Shown here: positions 37,801 to 46,692 of the stretch, one piece after another | Numbering within the stretch: position 1 is the stretch's first letter | Layout of the letters: each line of letters begins with the position of its first letter | From: a virus | DNA: 64,000 nucleotides | IMG/VR virus record: IMGVR_UViG_3300032291_003441 | Location: 1-64,000 of that record | Strand: one strand, 5' to 3' | Notes under the pieces: generated by a model | Seen by the model: the letters and a program-made list of their open reading frames with translations, nothing else | Databases searched by the model: none | What the model was told of the DNA's origin: nothing | Position numbers and translations under genes: made by a program

Positions 37801-39260
37801 GATCCTGAAGAGCCTGTGGATCCACTTGAACCGCTTGAGCCGCTTGAACCACTTGAGCCGCTTGTTCCATTAGTACCTGAAGTACCTGATGATTGAGCTA
37901 AGCCTGAAGTACCTGTTGAACCAGAGCTTCCTGAAGTACCTGAAGTACTTGCTTGGCCTGAATTTCCTGCGTTACCTGATGAACCATTTGAGCCACCTGA
38001 TCCTGATGTGCCGGATGAGCCTGATGTACCTGAAGAACCATCTGCTCCTGAACTGCCATTTGAACCCGCAGAACCTGAGGAACCACTAGTTCCACTAGAA
38101 CCTGAAGAGCCATCTGCCCCGCTTGAGCCTGAAGTACCTGTAGAACCATTTGAACCTGAGGTTCCTGATGATCCTGAAGAACCAGAAGATTGAGATAAAC
38201 CACTTGTACCTGTACTACCACTTGAGCCAGATGTACCTGAGGTACTTGATTGGCCTGAGTTCCCGGCATTACCTGATGAACCGTTTGATCCTGATGAACC
38301 ACTAGTTCCTGAAGAGCCAGAAGTACCACTTGAGCCATCAGCTCCACTAGATCCAAAAGTTCCAGAACTTCCACTTGACCCACTAGATCCTGAAGAACCA
38401 CTTGAACCATCAGCTCCACTAGATCCAAAAGTTCCTGATGAACCTGAGCTACCAGAAGAACCACTTGAAGCACTTAAACCTGAAGTACCAGTACTACCGC
38501 TTGAACCTGAAGTTCCTGCAGTACTAGATTGACCTGAGTTACCAGCATTACCATTTGAACCTGAACTACCACTAGAACCTGAAGTTCCACTTGTATCTGC
38601 TGTTCCTGAAGAACCAGCTGAACCTGAGGTACCAACTGTACCACTTGATTGACTTAATCCTGAGGTACCTGCTGTACCTGATGAGCCTGAAGTACCTGAA
38701 GTGCTTGATTGGCCTGAGTTACCACCATTACCTGATGAACCATTAGAACCACTTGAACCTGATGAACCAGCTGTTCCTGAAGAACCAACTGAACCACTTG
38801 AACCAGAAGTACCACTTGTACCTCCACTAGTACCTGAAGTACCTTCTATACCACTTGTACCAAATGAACCTGTTGAACCTGAACTACCACTTGTTCCTGA
38901 AGAGCCTGCTGTATTTGAAGTACCACTTGTACCGGCTGTTGTACCTGATGTGCCCGAAGAACCATTTATACCTGAAGTACCATTAGAACCAGATAAACCA
39001 CTAGAACCAGATAAACCTGAAGAGCCTGATGTGCCTGAAGAGCCTGATGTGCCTGATGTACCTGTTGTACCACTTCCTCCACCGCCTCCTAAAACTAAAG
39101 ATACAACTCCATCATCATTAATGGTTAAAACATAACCTTCCCATCCTTCAGTTACAATAGGTAAATTAAATTTATTAAAAGCTAATGATCTATCAAAAAA
39201 ACCTCTACCTTGGTTTGGGTTGTCTAAACGATTATTACCTCTGTATCTGTTTTCAGCCAT
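34815..39260 (-). CDS. Giant Ser/Gly/Thr triplet-repeat tail fibre with C-terminal S74 intramolecular chaperone
   Basis: About 1250 aa of S-G-S/T triplets; C-terminal FSDSRIK..I..A..KI..I.G..F..GVIAQEVEKVLPEVV..V.Y..L.EAIKEL. Confidence 0.85.
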   Translation of the reverse strand: MAENRYRGNNRLDNPNQGRGFFDRSLAFNKFNLPIVTEGWEGYVLTINDDGVVSLVLGGGGGSGTTGTSGTSGSSGTSGSSGLSGSSGLSGSNGTSGINGSSGTSGTTAGTSGTSNTAGSSGTSGSSGSTGSFGTSGIEGTSGTSGGTSGTSGSSGSVGSSGTAGSSGSSGSNGSSGNGGNSGQSSTSGTSGSSGTAGTSGLSQSSGTVGTSGSAGSSGTADTSGTSGSSGSSGSNGNAGNSGQSSTAGTSGSSGSTGTSGLSASSGSSGSSGSSGTFGSSGADGSSGSSGSSGSSGSSGTFGSSGADGSSGTSGSSGTSGSSGSNGSSGNAGNSGQSSTSGTSGSSGSTGTSGLSQSSGSSGSSGTSGSNGSTGTSGSSGADGSSGSSGTSGSSGSAGSNGSSGADGSSGTSGSSGTSGSGGSNGSSGNAGNSGQASTSGTSGSSGSTGTSGLAQSSGTSGTNGTSGSSGSSGSSGSSGSTGSSGSSGADGTSGSSGSSGSSGSTGSYGTSGDAGTAGSSNTSGTSGSGGSNGTTGNAGNSGQSSTSGTSGSSGSTGTSGLSQTGGTSGSSGLSGSTGTSGSSGTSGSTGSNGTSGVDGTSGTSNTSGTSGSSGTSGIAGAAGFSAASATSGTSGSSGSNGTTGAAGTSGESQTSGSSGSSGSQGSTGAAGTSGLSQTSGSSGSSGSQGSTGAAGTSGLSNTSGSSGSSGSFGTTGDAGTSGNSNTSGTSGSGGSNGTTGNAGNSGQSSTSGTSGSSGSTGTSGLSQTSGTSGASGSSGTSGNAGTAGTSGSSGSSGSTGTSGVDGGSGVSATSGTSGSSGSNGSTGAAGTSGLSQTSGSSGSSGSFGTTGAAGTSGLANTSGSSGSAGSNGTSGAAGSSGASNTSGTSGSAGSSGTTGTSGLAGASGISNTSGTSGSGGSNGTGGAAGTSGASQTSGSSGSSGSQGSTGAAGTSGLSQTSGSSGSSGSQGTTGNAGTSGNSNTSGTSGSGGSQGTTGAAGTSGASNTSGSAGSGGSNGTTGNAGTSGSSNTSGSSGSSGTSGIAGAAGFSAASATSGTSGSAGSNGTGGAAGTSGSSNTSGTSGSGGSNGTTGAAGSSGSSNTSGTSGSGGSNGTTGAAGSSGASNTSGSSGSSGSTGTSGVDGGSGVSATSGTSGSAGSNGTTGAAGSSGASNTSGSSGSAGSNGTSGAAGSSGASNTSGTSGSAGSSGTTGTSGLAGASGISNTSGTSGSGGSNGTTGAAGTSGASNTSGSAGSAGSNGTTGAAGASGSSNTSGTAGTSGTSGIAGAAGFSAVAGTSGTSGSAGTSGLSFNGTSGISGGTFTNQPDYLVRTTGTTTIQSVSFLYTDVTNGRLGVSTTSPSYPVHVNANVSGISIYASNDIQAFSDSRIKGEIKVIENAINKINQINGITFIRLDNPDNINRYAGVIAQEVEKVLPEVVHTDSKTGMKSVAYGNLNALLIEAIKELSKRVEELENKLK
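35300..39090 (-). repeat. Low-complexity coding repeat (9-nt unit, 72-nt higher-order period), approximate bounds
   Basis: cctgaagta/cctgaagaa/ccacttgta units on the plus strand with synonymous variation. Confidence 0.9.
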
Positions 39261-39335
39261 TCCGGTGTTTAATATAAATATTAAAAACTTTTAATTTAAT
39301 TTTACTTTTTATCAATATTTAATAAAAAATATTAA

Positions 39336-40298
39336 TTAGGGATTAATTGGATCTTGGCTTAGTAAAGGATCGTTAAATGATGTTTTATTATGATTAATTG
39401 GTTCCTCATAAATTGCCCTATCTATAAAAGCTTTATTTTCATAGTAATCAGGGTTTGATGATGTTTCTATATCAAATACAACTTTAGTTTTATTAGAAAA
39501 TTTCTGCAATGCTGTTATATCTTTTTGTAATACATCAGGTATGATGTATCCATTTAATTTAATATCAAAAGTACTTCTAACGATACGCTCATCGTTATTA
39601 ACTAACTCGGTTTGGAAACCAAACGAATCAATCATAGATTTAAATTGATAGCGTTGAGGATCTCCCCAGTAAGCATCAGAGGCATATTCCATAGCCTCTA
39701 CTATCTTGTTTAGTTGTTCTACGTAATAAGTAAACACAATACAAGTATAACTTACGGTAACATAATCAGGCATAATAACAGCATAGTATTCTTGTTGTGG
39801 AATCCTGTTGTTTAATACCTTAAAATTATCGTAAGCATTTCTTGGAGTATATTTTTTAGTAAATACTTGAAGTAGGTTGGGTTGATTGGCATCTAGTTTG
39901 TTAGCTATCTGTCTATTTTTGTCTATACTGTTACGCTTAAACATAATCAACGGGGCCTGTATTTTTCCGAGCTGGTCCCTATAATACCCGTCTTTTTGAA
40001 ATGATTTCCATTTTTCTTGAGAACCATAAACAATAGGAACAGGTAATCTTTGTCCGTTTTGTATAACAGAAGGTTGAATTACGTTTTGAAAATAATAAAA
40101 AACAGCCTCATCTATGTCCTGAAGTCCTACACTAAAAGGTTTAGTAGTATCTCCTTTAAAAGAAGTATTTAATGCTCTATTGTTAGTAGGATTTGGATTA
40201 AAACTATTAGGATCACCTGCTGGATTATAGGTAGGAACATGCTGTTCATTGGACAGCTGTTTTTGGGTTTTTGGTATAGGTTTTCTAACTTGAGCCAT
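39336..40298 (-). CDS. Tail terminator / sheath stabiliser (gp15-like)
   Basis: VPIVYG..E.W, P.I...R, PDYV..Y..Q.N.I.E; position in neck cluster. Confidence 0.65.
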   Translation of the reverse strand: MAQVRKPIPKTQKQLSNEQHVPTYNPAGDPNSFNPNPTNNRALNTSFKGDTTKPFSVGLQDIDEAVFYYFQNVIQPSVIQNGQRLPVPIVYGSQEKWKSFQKDGYYRDQLGKIQAPLIMFKRNSIDKNRQIANKLDANQPNLLQVFTKKYTPRNAYDNFKVLNNRIPQQEYYAVIMPDYVTVSYTCIVFTYYVEQLNKIVEAMEYASDAYWGDPQRYQFKSMIDSFGFQTELVNNDERIVRSTFDIKLNGYIIPDVLQKDITALQKFSNKTKVVFDIETSSNPDYYENKAFIDRAIYEEPINHNKTSFNDPLLSQDPINP

Positions 40299-40882
40299 TA
40301 CATTCTTGATTTAATTATATTCAAACGATCTGAAGGCACGTAATGACAATCACATCTTACTTCCACATTATAACCAAACTGATCTAATCCTGTGTTTAAA
40401 GGATTATTTCCATCAGCATCTGTATAAGGATATTGAGGGTCTTTACCTGTAAAGAATTGGGTTGCATTAGTATTATCTACTTCCCAATAACCGTTTTGAT
40501 ACTGTATTACATCGCCTACCTCTGGGTGGATGTTGGCTCCGTATTGAATAAAGGGTTGTTGGTATGTACCAAATCCTCCTTGGTTTGCTTCATTTAACTT
40601 ACTTAACAAATCGTCTCGTAAAAATCTAAAAGTCATAGTCCAAGTAAAATCAACCCCTAAATCACTTGTTGGGGCTTCTTGAGGACCAACCTCTATCAAA
40701 GAAAATAATATAACAGGATCAGCATAGTTTCTTCCTTCATATGCCTCACCATACATGTTTGTTTTAGTTTGAGTTATTTTATATTTGTAATAAATGACTT
40801 CTTGAGATATAATACTCCCCATCAACTCTCTGTTGACTCTTCTGAACATTGAAACATCGCGAGCACCACCATAAAGAGCCAT
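40298..40882 (-). CDS. Neck / head-closure protein (gp14-like)
   Basis: T.TNMYGE, PEVGD.I..YWEV motifs; position. Confidence 0.65.
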   Translation of the reverse strand: MALYGGARDVSMFRRVNRELMGSIISQEVIYYKYKITQTKTNMYGEAYEGRNYADPVILFSLIEVGPQEAPTSDLGVDFTWTMTFRFLRDDLLSKLNEANQGGFGTYQQPFIQYGANIHPEVGDVIQYQNGYWEVDNTNATQFFTGKDPQYPYTDADGNNPLNTGLDQFGYNVEVRCDCHYVPSDRLNIIKSRM

Positions 40883-40884
40883 AA

Positions 40885-42105
40885 TTATCCTATAAAAATT
40901 GTCATTGGTACATTATTAATTTCAGCAACACGAGCTACAGATTCTGCTTGTCTTCTTTCAAGTAAAGCTTGACGTGATGTTTGGTCAAAATATTCTCTTA
41001 ATCTTACAATTAATGCTTCTTTTTCGGTAGCAGCCGATGAAACTAAATTATCTCCATTTAATGTTACTTCTGAACCTGGAATTGGTATTGTTGAGTATTT
41101 GTTTCTTACTAGTCCTAAAGCATCTTTAGCTCTAGCTAAAGTATATTCAAAAATCCAAGCCCTACCAATTGAATTGATTTTAGAGTATATTGGGTTTTGA
41201 TAAGGAACGTTAGAGGTATTTACAATTTTGTTAGTACCGTTTGCTACAACAGAATCTAATCTGTCTTGTATTTTAATAAAATCAAATACTAAATAAATAC
41301 CATAATCTAATCCACCTTCAAATCCATCCTCACCAAAAGCTCCAGTACCTGGTACTGGAAATACTGAAATAATATTGTTTATAATATTAAAGGAATAATT
41401 AGATAAAGTTACTTGATTCATCATTTCAATAGCCTGCATGTTTTGCATAGTAAAACTTGTAGGCATCATTAAATAAGTAGCAGTACCATATCCAAATCCA
41501 TATAAACCAGCGGCAGGAACACCTCCTAAACCACCTTGTCCGGCTAATAAAGCAGGAGAATATAATTGACTGATTGCTGGAGGGGATTGATAATAAACGT
41601 TTTTAATCTCAATACCACCTACAATTCCTTCATCCTCAGCCCACTTAGCTAAATCATAACGTTGTTGTCCAGGAGTTAAAGGTAATCTACCTTTTAACCA
41701 GTTTACATTACCTCCGGCCCCTGCTTCCTCACCATATTGTTGAGATAATCTAACAATAGTGGCCATTGTAGGAGTAAACACAGAGTTATTAACATTTAGA
41801 CTTGTAGAAGCTCCCTCTAAAGACAAATAATTGTCTCTGGTTTGGAAAGCATATAATTCGTTTCCGTAAATAGTAGTTGCCTCTTCAAATCCAGCCCAAA
41901 AGTTAATATCTTGTAATTCTACGTTTTCAATAGGATAACCTAAACGTAAAGCACAAAAGTTAGCTACTTTATTAGCATCTGTTTGGAATTGAGAATCGTT
42001 ATCATAAAATCCAAATGGGGTTGGCGGTGGCCAAACACCATTAGCATACGATGCTGAAACTTGAGCAAAGGAAGATGAACCAGGCCAAATTGGAATATTA
42101 GACAT
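40885..42105 (-). CDS. Neck / adaptor protein (gp13-like)
   Basis: RLGYP...VEL, WI..Y.LA..K..LG..R.KY..IP...VTLNG. Confidence 0.75.
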   Translation of the reverse strand: MSNIPIWPGSSSFAQVSASYANGVWPPPTPFGFYDNDSQFQTDANKVANFCALRLGYPIENVELQDINFWAGFEEATTIYGNELYAFQTRDNYLSLEGASTSLNVNNSVFTPTMATIVRLSQQYGEEAGAGGNVNWLKGRLPLTPGQQRYDLAKWAEDEGIVGGIEIKNVYYQSPPAISQLYSPALLAGQGGLGGVPAAGLYGFGYGTATYLMMPTSFTMQNMQAIEMMNQVTLSNYSFNIINNIISVFPVPGTGAFGEDGFEGGLDYGIYLVFDFIKIQDRLDSVVANGTNKIVNTSNVPYQNPIYSKINSIGRAWIFEYTLARAKDALGLVRNKYSTIPIPGSEVTLNGDNLVSSAATEKEALIVRLREYFDQTSRQALLERRQAESVARVAEINNVPMTIFIG

Positions 42106-42114
42106 ATTATTTTA

Positions 42115-42537
42115 TTAAGTGGTTACAATGTAATACTCTATACTTGCGTTTGAACCAGAAGGTTCTGCTTTCACGGATTGAATATCTTTAAAAGCAAATC
42201 CTGATTCGCTACCAGTCATTTTACTAGTAGATAACATATAAGAGCTACCAGTAGCAATCAAATAACTCATTGCCTCGGCTGATGAAGATATAATTAATTT
42301 AACAGGAGCAACAGATGAGTTGTTAGTTACTCTAACATATTGAATACTGCTTGTTACAAAAGTACCTGCACCAGGAGTTCCATCCATTCTAAAAAGGGTA
42401 GTAACTGAGCCTGTAGGGATACTTAAGATTCTATTATCAACGTAATTAACATTATTAATAGTTTGACTAACAGAAGATCCTACATCATCTCCGTTAAGTG
42501 TTAAAATTTCGAATATTTGGGAAGTAAAAGTGGCCAT
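42115..42537 (-). CDS. Ser/Thr-rich hypothetical structural protein
   Basis: ATATTTATA motif upstream; YVRVTN motif; TGS/SGS motifs. Confidence 0.65.
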   Translation of the reverse strand: MATFTSQIFEILTLNGDDVGSSVSQTINNVNYVDNRILSIPTGSVTTLFRMDGTPGAGTFVTSSIQYVRVTNNSSVAPVKLIISSSAEAMSYLIATGSSYMLSTSKMTGSESGFAFKDIQSVKAEPSGSNASIEYYIVTT

Positions 42538-42576
42538 ACCTTTTTCGTATAAATATTGAAAAAGTATGGCTCTAAC

Positions 42577-43314
42577 TTACTTTTTAGAATTTCCGTTTGA
42601 ACCAGTAGTATTTAGACTTAAACCCTGTTCATATGCATCATTGTATAGATTAATTAAATCCTCTACGATTGGATCTCTGTGGTTTTGTTTCAAAGATATT
42701 GCCTCTAAGTTTTTAATCTTTTTAGCGGCTGAATATAAGAACTTAAATCCAGAATCGCGTTTTTGTTTTAAATCCACCTGGCCATCATCACCACAAATAA
42801 TCATTTTTGATCCTTTACCAATACGGGTAACAATCATTTCCATTTGTTCGTGTGTTACGTTTTGAGCCTCATCTACGATTACTACAGAGTTTACAAACGT
42901 TCTACCTCTCATAAATGATACAGGTACAATCTCTATTTTACCTTCTTTAATAAGTTCTTCTACTTTTATTTTATCGTAAAGTAAGAACATGTTTTGATAA
43001 ATAGGTTGAACCCAAGGATCCATTTTTTCTCTTAAATCACCTGGTAAGAATCCTATTTCCTCTTTAGATACTGTTGGTCGGGTAATAATTACCTTTTCAA
43101 CATCTCTCATAAATAGTTTTTCTAAACCAATCTGACAGGCAAGTAATGTTTTACCTGAACCAGCGGCTCCGGCTAATAATGTAATAGTACTTTCTAATAT
43201 TTTAGCTTTAGCGGCTTTTTGTTCCTCGTTTAATTGGATTTTAAACTTAATAGGATTTTTTGGTTTACGCTTTTCTTGGAAGATAGAATCTTCATGGGTT
43301 GGTTTTGTATTCAT
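42577..43314 (-). CDS. phoH: PhoH-family ATPase
   Basis: GAAGSGKT, ITRP, GFLPG, FMRGRT, DEAQN, TRIG, GD..Q.DL. Confidence 0.92.
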   Translation of the reverse strand: MNTKPTHEDSIFQEKRKPKNPIKFKIQLNEEQKAAKAKILESTITLLAGAAGSGKTLLACQIGLEKLFMRDVEKVIITRPTVSKEEIGFLPGDLREKMDPWVQPIYQNMFLLYDKIKVEELIKEGKIEIVPVSFMRGRTFVNSVVIVDEAQNVTHEQMEMIVTRIGKGSKMIICGDDGQVDLKQKRDSGFKFLYSAAKKIKNLEAISLKQNHRDPIVEDLINLYNDAYEQGLSLNTTGSNGNSKK

Positions 43315-44029
43315 TGAAATTGATTTTAACTAGTTGGTCCAAGCCAGCATTAACATGCATAGCATTATCTAAACATAACTCGAAATCATATCTGTCATCC
43401 AATGGTAACACTAAATCAACTTGTGAACCCCATCTAATTAAAGAAAATCTTTCGTTTTGAGCAAAAACATCGTTTTGAGCCATAGTAAAGGGAGCAATAA
43501 CGTTTACATCCTCGTCTGCAATCTGAATTAAGTAATAAGTATAATCTAAAGATGGTGAATAAATTTTATTCCACATCCGCTCGTTATACTTTAAGTACTC
43601 CATGTTTGCGGGGTTAATTTTTTTATTTAATATATCTTTTTCAACCGCCAACATTGGTTTATTAGTCGATTGAATCGCGTCTAGTGGTTTATATGACAGC
43701 AGACCTCCGTATGGTATACGATTTATATGAACATCATAAAATGACATAAATATACCAATAACTAGTGAAGGTTTATTATATTCATCATCACCCATAACAT
43801 CTTGAAGAGTATAATTCATACCCTTAATTTCAACTACAGGTTCCTTAGGATCCTTAATGAATTTTTGGTATAGAATAGTTCCATCAGCCGGAGAGTAAAA
43901 ATGCTCATGGTCAATATAATTAGGACGAATTGGGTCTCTAAAGAAAAATGTATTAGATAATTCCCCTACTGGCATCTTCTGAAGTTGTTTAACCTCAGTA
44001 CTTATCCACTCTTGTAATGTTTGAGCCAT
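43292..44029 (-). CDS. Phosphatidylserine-decarboxylase-like pyruvoyl enzyme without a membrane anchor
   Basis: FFFRDP.R, SPADG, IFMS..DVH.NR.P, IRWGSQVDL self-cleavage motif. Confidence 0.8.
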   Translation of the reverse strand: MAQTLQEWISTEVKQLQKMPVGELSNTFFFRDPIRPNYIDHEHFYSPADGTILYQKFIKDPKEPVVEIKGMNYTLQDVMGDDEYNKPSLVIGIFMSFYDVHINRIPYGGLLSYKPLDAIQSTNKPMLAVEKDILNKKINPANMEYLKYNERMWNKIYSPSLDYTYYLIQIADEDVNVIAPFTMAQNDVFAQNERFSLIRWGSQVDLVLPLDDRYDFELCLDNAMHVNAGLDQLVKINFNEYKTNP

Positions 44030-44943
44030 TATAATAAGGTTTTATTATGGTCTACTCGATTTAAGTGCATCATCATACAAGATAACATAGCACCTGACTT
44101 CATGTATTCTGATAAGTTAAAGATAACTGGTTCCATACCTGCATCACCACAAATCTTTTCTAATGTTTTGATTTTATGAACCTCACCCTCATAATATTCA
44201 TGAGATTTTTTCATTTCGGAAATGTTTGAGGCACACATAATCATATTACCTAAACGAACTGAATTAGTTATTCCTCCTAAGGCATCGTCAACATGAATAT
44301 CAATAATTTCAGTGTATTTTTCCATTTCAACTAATTCTTCTTCATCAAACAATTCAGTACAAACTAGTGTTTGTTCTTGATTTAAAGCAAAAATAGAGCA
44401 ATCCAAGTGATACAAATACTCATCAACCATAGCTACTTTAAGGATGTCCATGTTGTATTGTTCTTCCATCCACTCATATGCTTTGATGTTAGAGCGAATA
44501 CCATAACCACCAATATATTTGTTTCCGTAAAGGTATTTCAAATCGGCCTCACCTTCCCATTTAAAAGGAGAAATAGCTGTTTTATAACCCATTTGGTTAA
44601 AATATTTTTCTCCAACTAATTCTTCACCTTTACGGGGATCAGAAGTAAAATTAGATAAAATAATATGGTTTTCGTCTTTAATATGAGGTAAATAAAGACC
44701 TAAATTAGCTACATAAACTTGGTCTTGAAAATTACCTTCCGAAGGTAATAGATTAACTATAGCACCACCAGCAACAAAGTTATACAAATCCATAAACTGT
44801 TTGTATGCTTTAGGTTTATTAATTGCTAATTCATCATCTGTTAATTCCTGCATCCAAATGTTATTTGGATCTGCTGTAGATAATGAGAATGGAAAGTTCA
44901 TAACAAAACTTTGGATTGGTAACTGACTTGGAGTCTCTTTCAT
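44029..44943 (-). CDS. Amidinotransferase / guanidino-modifying (pentein) family enzyme
   Basis: DQVY.AN, R.GE, WEGEAD, YHLDC, EY.KSG..LSC catalytic motifs. Confidence 0.82.
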   Translation of the reverse strand: MKETPSQLPIQSFVMNFPFSLSTADPNNIWMQELTDDELAINKPKAYKQFMDLYNFVAGGAIVNLLPSEGNFQDQVYVANLGLYLPHIKDENHIILSNFTSDPRKGEELVGEKYFNQMGYKTAISPFKWEGEADLKYLYGNKYIGGYGIRSNIKAYEWMEEQYNMDILKVAMVDEYLYHLDCSIFALNQEQTLVCTELFDEEELVEMEKYTEIIDIHVDDALGGITNSVRLGNMIMCASNISEMKKSHEYYEGEVHKIKTLEKICGDAGMEPVIFNLSEYMKSGAMLSCMMMHLNRVDHNKTLL

Positions 44944-45007
44944 AAGTAACTAATTGTATAACGTTTTGGTATACATATGGTGTAGGCCTATACTAGTACA
45001 TAGAAAT

Positions 45008-45035
45008 AAAAAAAGGCCTAGAAAAATCTAGGCCT
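45008..45035 (-). terminator. Rho-independent terminator
   Basis: AGGCCTAGA/TCTAGGCCT stem followed by U7 on the minus strand. Confidence 0.8.
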
Positions 45036-45055
45036 CTTTATAAAGATTTTTAAAA

Positions 45056-45730
45056 TTAGTTATATGCTTGAAAATATGCATAATAAGAAGTCATAGTTCT
45101 ATTTGTACTTCCACTTACTATAATTTTAAAATCACCTGGGGTTAAATTTGCAAAACTTCCACTTACTGTTACATTTGATAAAGGAGTTCTTCTCATATCA
45201 CCTGTTTGATCACACCATCCTATTGAGTAACAAGCAGAAGCTGAACCAGCTGTGATATAAAGTTCGCCTAAAATTTCAAATGGTTTATTTGTTGTAAATG
45301 ATAAAGTTTGGGTTCCTAAATTAGAACCGGAAATAATTTGATCTCCTATTTGTAAACGAATTGCTGCGTTTGTATCATTACTTCCACCAGAGGCAAATAG
45401 GCCTATGGCTCTAAAGTGTAAAACTTTAGATACATAGTTTACAGAATCATCAAAAAATGATTGTGGTAAAGCTCTTGAACCCCAAGTAGTACTACTTCCT
45501 AAAAAATCAGTGTTTGTACTTGATCCGGAAGTATAAATTATATCATTATTTCTAGCATAAAGAGTTCTAACAGATGCTCCTCCTAAACTATCAGCATTTA
45601 CACTACCTGAGGATAAAAAATCAGAGTAGGTAATTTGTTTAGTAATTCCATCTTGTACTATAGGAATAATACTATTTGATGTGATTTGGGTTGTTGGTGG
45701 TAGTCCTGATATTGGTAAATTTTCATCCAT
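45056..45730 (-). CDS. Ser/Thr/Gly-rich hypothetical virion protein
   Basis: ISGLP..IPIVQ.G.T N-terminus of fibre/decoration type; many SGS motifs. Confidence 0.6.
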   Translation of the reverse strand: MDENLPISGLPPTTQITSNSIIPIVQDGITKQITYSDFLSSGSVNADSLGGASVRTLYARNNDIIYTSGSSTNTDFLGSSTTWGSRALPQSFFDDSVNYVSKVLHFRAIGLFASGGSNDTNAAIRLQIGDQIISGSNLGTQTLSFTTNKPFEILGELYITAGSASACYSIGWCDQTGDMRRTPLSNVTVSGSFANLTPGDFKIIVSGSTNRTMTSYYAYFQAYN

Positions 45731-45969
45731 TATATTATTATTTTATTTCCGTTTTCTTGTAATAAAAAGAATCCATTTTCTTGTAATAAGAAATTTTCTA
45801 CTTCTTTAAGTGGTCCTTTATTTTGATATACAATCCAACTTGTTCTAGCTTCTGAAAGTTGATAGAGATATTGGTTATATTGATTAATTTGTTCTTGAAG
45901 AGGTAATTTAGATACATGTGATGATTTCACAAAATGAGGCCAAGTTATTTCTTCAAAAATGTTAAACAT
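45730..45969 (-). CDS. Hypothetical protein with LLQENG repeat
   Basis: FLLQENGFFLLQENG; ATATGTATA motif upstream. Confidence 0.65.
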   Translation of the reverse strand: MFNIFEEITWPHFVKSSHVSKLPLQEQINQYNQYLYQLSEARTSWIVYQNKGPLKEVENFLLQENGFFLLQENGNKIII

Positions 45970-45992
45970 ACAAATTATTTATTATACATATT

Positions 45993-46015
45993 AAAAAAAG
46001 CCCCGCTTGCGCGGG
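45993..46015 (-). terminator. Probable terminator
   Basis: CCCGC/GCGGG stem and U7 on the minus strand. Confidence 0.55.
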
Positions 46016-46023
46016 AGAAAATG

Positions 46024-46605
46024 TTAAATTTTATCACTTTTTTCCCTGTTTTGGGTTTTTTCTAGGGGTTGTGTATTAAGGTAATGAAAACATGTATATA
46101 AGTTTTCTTCAATATTTAAGTCAAAAGAGGCTATAGGTTTAATATGATCTATTTCCCAATACTCCCCATAATTATCCCAAGTCATTTCTGGTGAGAAATA
46201 AAATTCAAGGTATTGAGTATATTCCTCCATGTTACACCCTAAATATTCTATAGTACGATCTTTTTTAAGTGTATTATATAGTTTTAAAGCTTCGGATATT
46301 CGAGCTGATGTTACATGTTTTATTCTGAATCCAATATCTGTATGGTATTTGTTTTTATTCCATTCTCTATAAAGTTCCTTTTTAGTATGATAGTGGTTTG
46401 TACAATATTGATTAAAATATTCTTTATTTTCTTTTCGGTATTCTTTATAGTAATCTGATTCTTTACGACCTGAGATATGGTAGTAGGTTTTACCTGATTC
46501 TTTTTGGCATGCAACACAGTACCTATGTTTTCCATCAGGTTCATTTGTTTTATTCCAAAAATCAGTTAGTGGTTTTTCTATATTACATTTTTTACATTGT
46601 TTCAT
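46024..46605 (-). CDS. HNH-type homing endonuclease (paralog of 58589..59149)
   Basis: CKKC..C..C Zn finger; LGC..YLE..EMTWDNYG..WEIDHIKP..N..PL..N; start moved to ATG 46605. Confidence 0.8.
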   Translation of the reverse strand: MKQCKKCNIEKPLTDFWNKTNEPDGKHRYCVACQKESGKTYYHISGRKESDYYKEYRKENKEYFNQYCTNHYHTKKELYREWNKNKYHTDIGFRIKHVTSARISEALKLYNTLKKDRTIEYLGCNMEEYTQYLEFYFSPEMTWDNYGEYWEIDHIKPIASFDLNIEENLYTCFHYLNTQPLEKTQNREKSDKI

Positions 46606-46638
46606 AAGACAGGAATCTTCGGGTCCATTATACATATG

Positions 46639-46665
46639 AAAAAGAGCCGCAAAAATGCGGCTCTT
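46639..46665 (-). terminator. Terminator after major capsid gene
   Basis: AAGAGCCGCA/TGCGGCTCTT 10-bp stem plus U tract. Confidence 0.8.
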
Positions 46666-46692
46666 AATCTTTTATTCTATAAAATTTTTATA

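Noticed and set aside
35300-39090. Repeat region as a CRISPR array or non-coding satellite
   Set aside because: No constant repeat with unique spacers; variation is at synonymous positions of one long ORF
35333-39135. Many alternative-frame and plus-strand ORFs (PEVP-rich, VLQV-rich) over the fibre gene
   Set aside because: Shadows of the 9-nt coding repeat, which lacks stops in other frames; no independent signals
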